From Craspedostauros australis (lineage: Eukaryota): a stretch of DNA of 64,000 bases. The stretch covers positions 62,001 through 126,000 of the forward strand of contig JALAGF010003286.1 of NCBI GenBank assembly GCA_030167865.1, read 5' to 3'. Below the pieces are notes generated by a model. It searched no databases. It was given only the letters and a program-made list of their open reading frames with translations, and was not told where the DNA came from. Position numbers and translations under genes: made by a program. Shown piece by piece: positions 13,506-24,990 of the stretch (its first letter is position 1; each line of letters begins with the position of its first letter).

Positions 13506-16500
13506 ATGAACACGATGGCGACCACCACGGCCGTGCCGAGCAGCTCCGCGCCGAGCAAGACCAAGACGAAGGCCAAGACCAGCAGCAAGGGCAAGCACGG
13601 CAACAAGGAGAGCAACAAGACCTCCAAGTCCAAGACCGGCAGAGGCAGATCGAAGGGACCGTTGGAACGCAAGAAGAAGAGCGTGTCGATCGCCAGCGCG
13701 TCGAAAGGCAGCAAGAATGACACGGACGGCGAGACCGCCAAGACGGCCCGCAGCAGCGACAGCTCCTTGAGCACGGCAGGTGCCACCGACAAGTCGAAGC
13801 AGCGCACCAAGTCCAAGAAGTCGAAGCAGCGCTCCAGGAGCTTGACCAACGTGCCCCAGGCCGCTCTCGACAAGCACAAGAAGCTGTCGAAACGATCGGC
13901 CAATAAGGACAATAGCAAGGACAATAGCAAGGACAACAACAAGGACGTGCCGACAGTTGCCAGACCCAAGAAGACGAAGAATCAGGCGCCGGAGCGATCG
14001 AAGAGTCTCACGATCAATCCCAGCGCTCTCAAGATGGCGGGCATCGTTGCTGGCAGCAGCAAGGATTGCAGCAAATCGCTGTCCAAGTCAACGCATCATG
14101 AAGCCTCCAAGTCCAAGACGAAGAAGAAGCTCAAGACGGCCAGTTCGCATGCGAGTGTCACCAGGAGGTCGAGCGTGGGATCATCTGCCAAGACGCCTCA
14201 GCGCAGCATGAGTCTGGTGGAGCAGACCACCCAGATGATCGCGTCGAGCAGCGATGCTTCTTCTTTGGATGGTCAGGCATTGTCTAGCGAGCCGCAAGCA
14301 GCCGCGGAACCAGTGACGGACTCGCTTGAAACCACCGAATCCGGGACGAAAAAGAAACGCAAAGCCAGTGCGAAGACATCGAAGACCAAGAAGGCTTCCA
14401 ACTTGGCTGGTGTCATCGATGAGGATGAGAATGGCGCGAAAGATGGCGCTGATGTCATTGACAACGACAACAGCAACAACGACAACAGTAGCAACGACAA
14501 CAGCGAGAATGAGCAGAAGGCGTCTGCTGAACAGACGTCCGACGCACCCTCATGCGACGACGCGCCAACATCGCATCTCCCCTCGTCCGCCATCCAAAGC
14601 GAAGTCCTGACGATGCTCAACGAAGACGGCAGCACGCACGACCAGTCTTCCAAACCGCGACCGCTCATGCGAGGACGCAAACCACAAGTCAACGCACGAC
14701 TCATGCGCAAGCCGGATGCCCTGGGAGCACAGTCGATGCATACGCGACGCCGCCGCAGCCGGGACAGGACCAAATGCAAGTACGATCGTTCCAGACCGGC
14801 CATGCGAGGTCGCAAGCCCAAGCGGTCGCAGAGTTTGACGCGCGATGATGTCGAACGCGATGACGATTTGTCGCAGCTGCCGCCGATGCGTGGCAGGAAG
14901 CCGTTGCGGCGCGTTAACAGTATGTCGGATTGCCACAGTTTGCTGCAGCAAACGCAGGAGATGGAGACGCAGTCGGAAGATTCCAACTCGATGGCGGAAG
15001 AAGAGGCCGAGACGCAGGCGGAGGCTCCATCCACGTCTGTTCATGGAGAGCAGGACAGTGCGATGGACCGCGGGCCCAACGCGCTGAGGCGCACAAAGAG
15101 TTTGGAGATGATGCAGACCGTCCCATCCACGAAAGCGGACCAGCCTGTCCACGCCAACAAAGACGGCAGCGACAACAGCGGCGACGACGACATTGATGAT
15201 GATGATCATAACGATAATGATAACGATTTTGGAGACTACGAGATGGATCTCAGCGGCGACAGCGCACATGGTGCCGCGACGGCGGTGCCGCCACCACGCG
15301 AGCCAAAGCGAGGGACGAAGCCACCTGTCAGGTCCAAGAGTCTCACGGGGGAATTCGGTGCTACTGACCAATCGAGCCTGTTCGTCAAGAACGCGCCTGA
15401 CGACGACACCAGCAACAGCGAGGAGCAGCATGACACCATCGAAAACTCCAGCCACCAACGTGCCCATTCCACCGACGAGACCAACGCAACCAAGTCCAAA
15501 TCGTCATCCAAGAAGGATTCCAAGCGAAAGAGCCTGAAGCAGTCCAAGAGCTTGATCGTAAACCCCACCAGCGAACAGGATACGACAACGCAGGCGTCGA
15601 AGGATGGAGATGAAGCAGCGTTGGACAAGGATCATCGCGACGGTGAATACGAAATGGCACTCTCGGGCAACAGCGAGCATGGGCCGCCAGAGAAGAAGGA
15701 CAAGAAGAAGCGATCCAAGTCCACCAAGCGGTCTGGCACTGGTGAGAATTCAAAACGTGAGTCACGATCCCTCGACGGCAAGAGCAGCCACTCGAAACGT
15801 GCCTCCCGGTCTGTTGACACCAAAAGCAATCACTCAAAACGCGCCTCTCGATCTGTTGACAAGAGCAGCCACTCCAAGAGGGCGTCTCGTTCCCTAGACA
15901 AGAGCAGCCACTCGAAACGAACAGCTCGGTCGATGGACAAGAGTGGCCACTCAAAGAGGACATCTCGGTCCCTCGACAAGAGCAGCCACTCCAAGAGGGC
16001 AACTAGGTCGCTGGAGAAGAAGAGCAGCCACTCGAAGCGGAAAACCCGATCACTGGACAAGAGCACGCACTCCAAACCGGTGTCTGGAAGTTCCGACAAG
16101 GAGCCGTCAAAGCGGCAACCGAGAAGCCTCGAAAAAGGCAGCTCGATCCGCAGCTCGCGCAGCACGGATTCGGGATGCTCCAAACGTGCAGGACGAAGCA
16201 TCGATGGCAACTCCATGCGCAGCACCCGCAGCGAGGAATCTCTCATCTCCATGAGAGCATCAAGGAGCGTCACCATCGGAGCTGATTCTTCTTCTCGGCG
16301 TGGGCCGCGGTCGTCCAGCAAAAGCCGCAGCTCGAGCCGCTCGCGGCGTGCTTCCCGCTCCGGCGACGTCACCCTGTCCGAGAAGGATATTGAAGACGCA
16401 TTCATGCTGAGCAACGTCAATTTCATCAATAAGTTGGATGAGTGCGCATCCGCACCTCGCATGCGATCATGTACGTCAGAGGGCTCGCTCAGAAACACCA

Positions 16501-17567
16501 AGTCGTCACTGTCTGCATCCAAACACACGCAGAGGCACAACTGGTACGCCAAGAAGAATGAATCGGATGATGAAGATGGCTCCGTCAAGAGCGCCACCAA
16601 GAAGGACAGGTCGATGATGAGCGGGCTGCATTACCGTCCCGGTCAGGGCTTGCGCCCCAAACGCAACAAGTCCATGACGCGAGAGAACCAGGTGACGAAG
16701 GTGAAATGGATGATGGAGCGCATCATCGATGACGACTTTGACATGAGCCAGCAGGCGAAGGGGGCATCAACTCTGAGCCTGGCAGCGACCATCCGAGGGA
16801 ATGCGTCGAATCGCCGACTGGGCGACGGCGGCATGAACAGCCGTCGTAACCTTGCGAGAGATAGTATGAGATCCGTGACCGGCGGCGAAGAGCAGCAATA
16901 TCCGTCTCAGCGCAGGCCGTTTGGTGTGAGGCGACAGGATGCGCCGGATACTGACCATGTCTTCGCCCCACCAAGTCGCCGTCGCGTCGTTGATAGGCGC
17001 CAGCATGACTGGATGTACCAGGACGATCCATGGGGCGAGGACTTCAAGGGGAGGAACGCAGTCAGTCTCGAAGATTCCGACGGTGCTTCCATCCGAAGCT
17101 TTGGAGATGACGATGAGGAGGGGGAATGCAACTTCGATGACAGCTTGCTGTTCAACGAATCACCCATTCATAAGCCGGTCAAGTTCGTTCCGAAGTCCCA
17201 GCTCGCCGCGCCTATTCTGGAAGAAGAACCCAAACCGGTCAACAACGCCCCAATCCCCATTGGCAAGGCGCTTGATCCATCAGAGCTGCGGGCCTTGCTG
17301 AACCTGCCCAGAACAAAACCCCAAAAGAGTGCGACGGACGATGATATTCCCGCGTACTTCCGTGATGATTACAACAACAACGAGGCCATGCCGAAAGCGT
17401 TCGCGCTATCCAAAGGTGACGAGCCGCTGACGTCCAGATCGGACCATGGCCCGCCGGGTGCATCCTCTCTCTTCTCCCCCGGCAATGGAGCTGCTGCTCG
17501 TGTTCCCATGCGTATGAAACGCGGGGACTTTCGAGCCTCCAATACGGAGCATGTGCGCCGATGCTAA
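13506..17567 (+). CDS. Large Lys/Ser/Arg-rich, probably disordered protein with internal repeats; function unknown
   Basis: Uninterrupted 1353-aa ORF with ATG start; no globular domain recognised; repeated RSxSL and MRGRKP motifs. Confidence 0.7.
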   Translation: MNTMATTTAVPSSSAPSKTKTKAKTSSKGKHGNKESNKTSKSKTGRGRSKGPLERKKKSVSIASASKGSKNDTDGETAKTARSSDSSLSTAGATDKSKQRTKSKKSKQRSRSLTNVPQAALDKHKKLSKRSANKDNSKDNSKDNNKDVPTVARPKKTKNQAPERSKSLTINPSALKMAGIVAGSSKDCSKSLSKSTHHEASKSKTKKKLKTASSHASVTRRSSVGSSAKTPQRSMSLVEQTTQMIASSSDASSLDGQALSSEPQAAAEPVTDSLETTESGTKKKRKASAKTSKTKKASNLAGVIDEDENGAKDGADVIDNDNSNNDNSSNDNSENEQKASAEQTSDAPSCDDAPTSHLPSSAIQSEVLTMLNEDGSTHDQSSKPRPLMRGRKPQVNARLMRKPDALGAQSMHTRRRRSRDRTKCKYDRSRPAMRGRKPKRSQSLTRDDVERDDDLSQLPPMRGRKPLRRVNSMSDCHSLLQQTQEMETQSEDSNSMAEEEAETQAEAPSTSVHGEQDSAMDRGPNALRRTKSLEMMQTVPSTKADQPVHANKDGSDNSGDDDIDDDDHNDNDNDFGDYEMDLSGDSAHGAATAVPPPREPKRGTKPPVRSKSLTGEFGATDQSSLFVKNAPDDDTSNSEEQHDTIENSSHQRAHSTDETNATKSKSSSKKDSKRKSLKQSKSLIVNPTSEQDTTTQASKDGDEAALDKDHRDGEYEMALSGNSEHGPPEKKDKKKRSKSTKRSGTGENSKRESRSLDGKSSHSKRASRSVDTKSNHSKRASRSVDKSSHSKRASRSLDKSSHSKRTARSMDKSGHSKRTSRSLDKSSHSKRATRSLEKKSSHSKRKTRSLDKSTHSKPVSGSSDKEPSKRQPRSLEKGSSIRSSRSTDSGCSKRAGRSIDGNSMRSTRSEESLISMRASRSVTIGADSSSRRGPRSSSKSRSSSRSRRASRSGDVTLSEKDIEDAFMLSNVNFINKLDECASAPRMRSCTSEGSLRNTKSSLSASKHTQRHNWYAKKNESDDEDGSVKSATKKDRSMMSGLHYRPGQGLRPKRNKSMTRENQVTKVKWMMERIIDDDFDMSQQAKGASTLSLAATIRGNASNRRLGDGGMNSRRNLARDSMRSVTGGEEQQYPSQRRPFGVRRQDAPDTDHVFAPPSRRRVVDRRQHDWMYQDDPWGEDFKGRNAVSLEDSDGASIRSFGDDDEEGECNFDDSLLFNESPIHKPVKFVPKSQLAAPILEEEPKPVNNAPIPIGKALDPSELRALLNLPRTKPQKSATDDDIPAYFRDDYNNNEAMPKAFALSKGDEPLTSRSDHGPPGASSLFSPGNGAAARVPMRMKRGDFRASNTEHVRRC
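15762..16076 (+). repeat. Coding tandem repeat, about 8 copies of a 13-14 aa unit (RS[LV]DKSSHSKRxx)
   Basis: SRSLDGKSSHSKRASRSVDTKSNHSKRASRSVDKSSHSKRASRSLDKSSHSKR... with recurring aagagcagccactc. Confidence 0.85.
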
Positions 17568-18075
17568 AGCATGATCATGAGCGTGATCATGAGCAGGCAG
17601 GCATGAGTATGAGTACGGACACCCAAGCTTGGAGAAGAAGCTGTGCCTTGCAACGTCTGCATGCTCGCACCCGTACCATGCAACAGCAACTGACCATGAG
17701 GAGAGGGATACATTGAATGATCCCGAGAGAGAACGATACGAGCACCGTTGCGGCATGTGAACACTGAATGCCATTGTGGCCCATTACACATATAAGTAGA
17801 ATAGTATGTCATGATATGTATTACACAGTCTGTTGCTGTGAACGTTGCCAAGGTTGCTACGGACTGACCACGAAAGGCAAAGCAGCACTGCATGACACCA
17901 ATGCACAAACACTGTGCGATGCTGTACTTGATACTCGATGCTTGACCGGTGAGCAGGGAGCATCAGAGTCGTACTCTATTCCCCTTGAGGAACTTGATGA
18001 ATCATGCGAGAGCGAGTACGTTGCAAACAGCGTACGAATACGTGCACTCGTACCATACGAGCTACACCACCAACT

Positions 18076-19182
18076 TCACTCCTGCTCCATCTTCTTCGCC
18101 AAATCATCCAACACGGCTTCCGCATGCTCAAAGTAGAGCGAGTGACCAGCCTCGACCTTGTGCAAGGTGGAATCGGAGAGGATGGAATGCAACCATCCTG
18201 CGGATGCCATTGGAACTGTCCCGTCCTTGGTGCCGTACCACAACCCCACGGGAACGTCGATACGGCCGTACGCTGCCACCGCGCTGTCGGCATCGGGCGC
18301 ATTGGGTCGCGCGAACATGGGCGAGAGACCCTGCTGACAGTCGATGGCCGCACCGTACCCCCAGTTCTTTTGCGCATCCTGTATCCATTGTCGCAGCGTG
18401 TCCTTCGAATCGGGTGCATTCTTTGCCATCTGTGGGAACATGCTTTGGAATCCACCCAGGCGGAACATCGCGAAGGACATGGCGCTGAGGCCCATGGCGG
18501 TGAGCGGTCCCGACAGAAAGACGGGCATGGAGTTGTACATGCCCTCGAAGACTCCGCTGGGATGTCGCCATGAGAAGTAGCCGGAGGCGCTGACGTCGCT
18601 GACGCCGACGATATTGGCAGCAGCGCGCACTCGATTGCGGATGGTCGGGTCTGAATGACTGAGGCACGCCATGACGTACGGCCCGCCGTTGCTCATTCCC
18701 ATGACACCGTACCTCGATGTGATGTTGAGATGCGTGGCGACCGAATCGATGAGCCTGGGCCAATCGTCCTGGATGGAGTACTTGGTGTAGTACCCGGTTG
18801 GCAAGGACGTGCCGCCAAATCCCGGCTTGTCGACGCACACCAGATGGATCTTGCGTTCCTTGTAGACGTCCTTCATTGCGGCGACGCTGTGCAAGGCCGG
18901 TTCTTCTGCCGACGCCGGCATGCCGCCAAAGTAGAAGACGACGTGCTTGGCATCGTGCAGCGCAGATCCCCATTGCGTGACCTTGACCTGCGATATGCCA
19001 CGCAGGAAGCTTTCCTGGATGCTCGTGGATGCTTGGCCATCGCCTGCGCTGCTCTGGTTCGTCAGCAACGACGCGGCGTCGATCACCGTGCGTGCCAACG
19101 GGGTGGGAAGGTGGAATGTTGGTCGGTCCTGCTCCGCGCCATCGTCCATGTTGTTGGAATCATCGCCAGGTGGAGAGGACAT
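18076..19182 (-). CDS. Alpha/beta-fold hydrolase
   Basis: DKPGFGG, nucleophile elbow GMSNGG, GTKDGTVP (acid), AGH (His); first ATG at 19182. Confidence 0.85.
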   Translation of the reverse strand: MSSPPGDDSNNMDDGAEQDRPTFHLPTPLARTVIDAASLLTNQSSAGDGQASTSIQESFLRGISQVKVTQWGSALHDAKHVVFYFGGMPASAEEPALHSVAAMKDVYKERKIHLVCVDKPGFGGTSLPTGYYTKYSIQDDWPRLIDSVATHLNITSRYGVMGMSNGGPYVMACLSHSDPTIRNRVRAAANIVGVSDVSASGYFSWRHPSGVFEGMYNSMPVFLSGPLTAMGLSAMSFAMFRLGGFQSMFPQMAKNAPDSKDTLRQWIQDAQKNWGYGAAIDCQQGLSPMFARPNAPDADSAVAAYGRIDVPVGLWYGTKDGTVPMASAGWLHSILSDSTLHKVEAGHSLYFEHAEAVLDDLAKKMEQE

Positions 19183-19809
19183 GTTCGCACAAGAAGCAGA
19201 CAACTTGGTGGTATTGCAGCACGTGTGGAGTATTGGCAGATTATTGGCAGATTATTGGTAGAGAAGCTACGAATACAATGGCATGGTCCTGGAGAGGATC
19301 AGCATCATCTGGGAAAGAACAAGTGTCGCAAGGCAACGCAACGCAACGCAACACAACACAAGCAACATCCCTTGGTTTTGGGCTGCTCGTTGGTGCCGAT
19401 GTTGTTGGAGATGGATCGGAACAACATCGTCGATCAACGAACACTGCACACGAAACACGAAGGTGATATTCGTGAATGAAGTTGACCGCATGACTCAATT
19501 CTTGGACGTGGAAAGTACTGTAATAGTGTCATTTTGAAGAATCCAGATTTTCTGGTCTGTCCAGAAAGATCTTTGATGTGTCATTCCGCGAAGAACAAGA
19601 TCGAGAGGGAGGAATTGCGCATGATGTCAACGCAAGGACTCGCTTCAGATCCCCACACAAATTGGAAAGGCAATCCATCCAACAAGGAAGGAAGCACAAG
19701 CACAAGCGACCATACGAATAGAGAGTGAAGTGCCAACCAAGCGGGAAACAATCCATCCTTCACTGAGACCAGCACCAAGAACAACACCAAGAAGAAAGAA
19801 GCAAGAAGC

Positions 19810-21417
19810 ATGAAGTTGTCTGCCATCGTCGCCTCTGCGCTGTCTGTGCTCTGCACTGCTGATCAGATTGCGCCAGCAACGACCGCGCACACGGGTCCGC
19901 TCTCCAACCAACCGGCGACCGTCACCATCACGCAGAAATCCTTCCGATCCTGGCTGAACCAACATGGCAAGCAGTACGAATCGCAGGAGGAGCACGAGCG
20001 ACGCTTCGCTATCTACCAACGCAACGGCCAGTTGGCGGCGCAGCACAATCGTGCCTTCCGTGCAGGATACACCTCGTACTCCATGTCGTTGGATGGTCCC
20101 TTTGCGGATATGACTGCGGATGAATTCCGATCGTCCCATATCATGGAGCCGCAGGACTGCTCGGCGACGACGCACAAGTCGTCTGGCACCATCGATTCAC
20201 TGAAGGCAGTACGGTGAGACTTTGTGTTGATGGTACTAGTATGGCGGTTGGAGCGTGTGTTGGCGAGGTTGCTGTTCCATTCTTGCCCCATTGCTTTGGA
20301 TGATTGTTTTCTCACGTTGCCCAACCTATTTCACTCAACCTCTCCTCACACAACTCGACTCTACTCACTCTACTCTAATTTATTGTTCACTGCAAACTGC
20401 ACGCTAATCTACCCTGCCATTGATTGCTGCAGAGGCATGATTGCCGAAGAATGGTGCAAACCGACGGAGGTGGACTGGCGCAACAAGGGCATCATCACCC
20501 CCATCAAGAATCAGGCGCATTGTGGTTCCTGCTGGACCTTCTCCACGACGGGCTGCCTCGAGTCGCACGTCTGTCTGGAGAAGCGCCGATCGATGCAACA
20601 TGCCGCTGCCCAACAGGGTGGCGATGCTAGCCTCACCGATCATGACTTTGATTGCACGCAATGGACCGGGCTGGCAGAGCAGCAGCTTGTGGATTGTGCG
20701 CAAGATTACAACAACAACGGCTGCGACGGTGGTTTGCCAAGTCAGGCATTCGAGTACATCTACTACAACGGTGGCATCGACACGGAGGTTGCGTATCCGT
20801 ACCAGGCAGAGGAGACCGGCACATGCAGCTACAAACGCAAGGGCAAAGGAGCCAAGGTGGTGGGCGTCTACAACATCACCAGCGGCGACGAAAAGGAGCT
20901 GGTGCAAGCCGTCAAGGAGATTGGACCTGTCAGCATCGCCTACCAAGTCTCGCCAGATTTCCGCCTCTACGAGCACGGCATCTACGACAGCTTCAACGCC
21001 ACGAGCAATCAGACCATGTGCCACAACACCCCGCACGACGTCAACCACGCGGTCGTTGCCGTTGGGTTGGGAACCACCGACGATGGCAGGGACTATTACA
21101 TCGTTCGCAACTCCTGGAGCAAGACCTGGGGCATGGAGGGGTACTTCTGGATGCTGCGTGGAGAGAACCTATGCGGAGTCAGCGACTGCGCGTCCTTCCC
21201 CTTGGTGCCAACGTCTGTTGGTCACTCGACTCCCACCAATGGCGGCAACCATGATGAAAATGTTGCAGGTTCTCACATGCACAGTCACATGCACAATCAC
21301 ATGTACGATCACATGTACGATGAAGCTTCAGTTGCAGATGGACGTTCTTCTTCAAACAGCGAATCCTACCTTCGCAAGGGTAGTTCAAACAAGGAAGTCG
21401 AAGCTGAGAAGTTGTAG
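19810..21417 (+). CDS. CTSH: Papain-family (C1A) cysteine protease, cathepsin H-like; exons 19810-20213, 20433-21417
   Basis: Signal peptide, I29 prodomain (EEHERRFAIY..N, FADMTADEF), mini-chain EPQDCSAT, VDWR, QAHCGSCWTFS, GCDGGLPSQAFEYI, NHAV, RNSW; phase-2 GT-AG intron restores frame. Confidence 0.9.
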
Positions 21418-21906
21418 CGAAACACTAGTGAATAACCAATGAAGAACTAGTGAACACCTATTATGCGTATGAGATGAGATGGATTGCGAGTAGTGTCGAA
21501 GTAGCAACTTCTATTGCTGAATGGAATGGATTGGATCATAGACTGATATCTCCCTCTAGCTTTGCAATGTTACCGCCTGTTTGTACTGGAAGAGCGCATA
21601 GAAGTGAATTTTCGATGCCTCGGAGTGTCAACGCCACGACTAACCAGTTACACACAAAAGAGAAGGGAGAAAGATCCATTCCGGGAACAGAGAGGAATAA
21701 CCAGTCCACGAACAGAGCACGTCGTACATCAGCCACTGTAACCGGCTTGTCTCCGAGGACCGCAGAGCCGATGCACCTCAAGAGACACCAACAGCACACA
21801 ATTTATTCGATCGCCCATCAACATCACCAACCACAGCCACCAACCACAGTCACCAACAACAGTCGCCAACTGCAGTCACCAACCACAGTCACCAACAACA
21901 GTCACC

Positions 21907-22464
21907 ATGGGTAATTCATCCTCCTCGTCGTACCACCAATACCACAACGACTTTGAGCTCGTGATCCGCGTCGCCAAGGATTTGGAGCACACCTTGGAGC
22001 AGGCATGCGACGTCGATCTCGATGACCGAACCATCGGCTTGCAAGACAAGATCACCATCGCCGAACGGCAGCTTAGTTTGAGCCGAGAGACGATCAAGCA
22101 GCTGCGCTATCTCGTCACCTGTGAGTACGATGTGGTGCTGTTTGTTGTGTCGTCTGTGGTGCGGAGCCATGCATGATGCTTGTGTATTGTGCATGATGTG
22201 AAGGCACGAGTCTTTTTTCTCAGTTTGGCGAAACGATACTTTCTTACATCCCGGACCTTTTTCTGACCCGCTGCTTTGCTGCTCGTACTATTTGGTACAG
22301 TGAGGAATAAATTGGTGCATGACCCCACATTCAACAAGTTGCCCGACCGCAAAGCATTTGCGACCACCTACGAAAAGGCGGGCGTGGAGCTGCACCAGAA
22401 GATCAAGGAACATGGCCGTGGCGGTGGCGGATCGTCGGAAAGCTCCGGTTGCGTCATTTCATAA
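21907..22464 (+). CDS. 125-aa protein with HEPN/DUF4145-like RxxxxH motif, N-myristoylation motif and C-terminal CaaX; exons 21907-22120, 22301-22464
   Basis: Phase-1 intron (gtgagt...tacag) joins LRYLVT to LRNKLVHD; protein starts MGNSSS and ends CVIS-stop. Confidence 0.75.
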
Positions 22465-24990
22465 GAATGCAGGGAATGATGTGTGGTGGTCATGTTTGGC
22501 ACAGCACTGATTGCTGGGTGGACATGCCACGCGGCACGAATTGATGCGGCGTAGATTAATGCCATGCGATTCCTGGCCGAGGAAAGACGTCAGGTGTTGG
22601 AAGAGAGCGAGAGATGGAAACGAAGATGAAGTGAAAGGAGGAGGAGAGATGGCAGAAACGGGCTTCAATCAGCGAAACAAAGGCTGTTCGCGAAGAACAA
22701 CCACCAAGATTGGTTAGCTTGATTGCATCACATCCAACAGCTCATGCCACAAGCGCAGTTCTCCTGCAAAGGCCCACTGAGTCCATCGCAAAAGCAAATG
22801 CCAAGCGCTCCGCGTCACTCGAACATTGGTTGGTGTTATCTTTCTCGGATTTCTGTACCAGGCACAAGCCAATAGTTATTCTCTCTACTCTGTCACACTC
22901 TCTCTTTTCGTCCATTCCCCATACATACGTCATTGCGTTCTGGATATGCGGGGCACGAAGAGCACACCAAGTTGTGAGATTCGTTCCCTGCTCTGCACCT
23001 GCCATTCCGACCATCCGAGCATCCACCAAGATCATCTCCGCCTATTCAGAGGCATCGTGACGACCCGAATGTCAACATAGATGACCAATGCGCACCATCG
23101 ACCATCAGACAAGAAACCATTCGACGCATGATTCCAGTCCGCCCACATCGTACCGGACATCCAAAAGCTGCACACCACCGATTCGAGTGATCCGACCACA
23201 GTCCTTCCACACCTATTCGGAGAGATTGGCGCCAATGTGCAGCACGTTCGGCACGACTTGGTGGTGTATTGCCCCACGTGAATACAAGGAGGTCTGATGC
23301 CATTGTTCGCCACCACCTCGCCATACCGAATCGATCCGTCTTCCGAGTACAAATGTCCTTCCTGCGATGCTGCCATCGTTTCGATGTTCTGAAGATTGAC
23401 ATCAAGGCGAAGGGTGTCACCCAAAAGTGGAAGAATGAAAACGAGATCCTGATGGGGTGCTGTGTTCCCATGTTGAACTCGATCTCATCGTCGTCTTCCT
23501 GGTGACTTTCATGTCTGTGCGAGAAACCTCGCGGCGAGAAGACGGATCCATCGTTCCAGATTTCCGCATTTTCTTGTGGTTGTGATGCCGTGCGAGTCGT
23601 GGATAATGGTCCGAAGAAAAAGAACGCTAATTGGTTCTCGTGTGACACGTTGCGGGACTGCAAGTCGGCTGATCCAATCGGAGAAGATTCGTGATAATTT
23701 GGCCGTGATGACGATGTTCTTTGGTGAAATGCCAACTGCTTTTCCATTGGCTGCGCGAGTGGTGATGTGTTGGTGGCCGCGTCGTTGCTTGTCACTGAGA
23801 CGGACTCTGTTGCGGACAATTATTGGAGGGGGCTTCAACTCACGGCGGTGGAACTAAAGTGGTGGATTGAACGATGGAATCATGGCGTCGAAGTGCGGTT
23901 ACTCGCGTGGGAGAAGAGAGAAAAGAGACATGGGTGTGACAACCACGTCTTTTCCCGCCTCAGGACAGAACCGCCATCACCTCCGACACAGAAAAGGGAG
24001 AGAAGGCGCGTGGAAAATGCCAGAAATGTGGAAGAGAAGTGTCGACGTGTGTCTTTGAGGGCAGATGCGTGCCAGCAGTGGAGTACAAGTGATCGTGTAT
24101 TGCGTGTTTTGGCTCGCACAGTGTCCGTGATGCGCTGATGGAGGAACACCAAAGCGTCTGGAAGTGCGAGTTGGCACACGTGTATTCTTCGGCATCAGTC
24201 TTGCTTTTTCCACGCACCACCAATCAATCAGCCTCGATCGGAATCCGTGGCAGATCCGCACGCGATGTCAACGTTGATCGATCGTTGCCCAATAACAATC
24301 GCATGCGTGCGGTTCTCACACAAGTGCAGCCACGCGAGTAGGCTGTGTGCCTTGGCCAATCGTCCCATAAGCCAAAACACCCGTAAACTGCCTGCTCCAC
24401 ACGTACTCAACCCGCAATCTATTATACAATACTCTATTGCACCAACCTGATAGGCTCTTCCCAGAACCAAAGCAGAACCGATTGGTCTCCGTTGCAACGA
24501 TACCGTGCTTCCAGCATTCCCGCATTCCAACATTCCAGCCTGCCTTCACTCTCCACCAGAGACATCAACAACTTCACTGGCATCGAAAACGATCGCGATT
24601 GCTCGTACGTCGGCATCGAAGAAGTCAACATCAACGTTGACGTCAACATCACCCGCAACATCAACATCAGCACGGCATCAGCACAGTATCAACAGGATCA
24701 GCATCAGCTGCGGAAACGGACATCACTTCCGATTCAAATACCTCGTATTGCCTCATAGCCATCCCCAGACTAGTCCGGATACCATACTCGCACACTACAA
24801 AGCAGTACGCCACTCTTTCTCACAGAGGATTAGTACCGCACACCTTGCGTGGAAGCAATCAAACACGGTGGCATTGCAGATTGGATCAGCATCGGTCACA
24901 ATCCTGGATCGAGCATCAACAGGAACACCCCCACACAATACAACCGCACAACAATACAACAGAACAATACAACAACTGCACAATACAACC

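Noticed and set aside
21826-21906. Repeated caccaaccacagt / caccaacaacagt units before the HEPN-like gene
   Set aside because: Simple A/C-rich 5' leader repeats like those before other genes in the window; no evidence of a distinct element.
22742-23838. Minus-strand ORFs 23046-23819 and 22742-23035
   Set aside because: The longer ORF lacks a canonical start; no domain motifs and no consistent splice model found.
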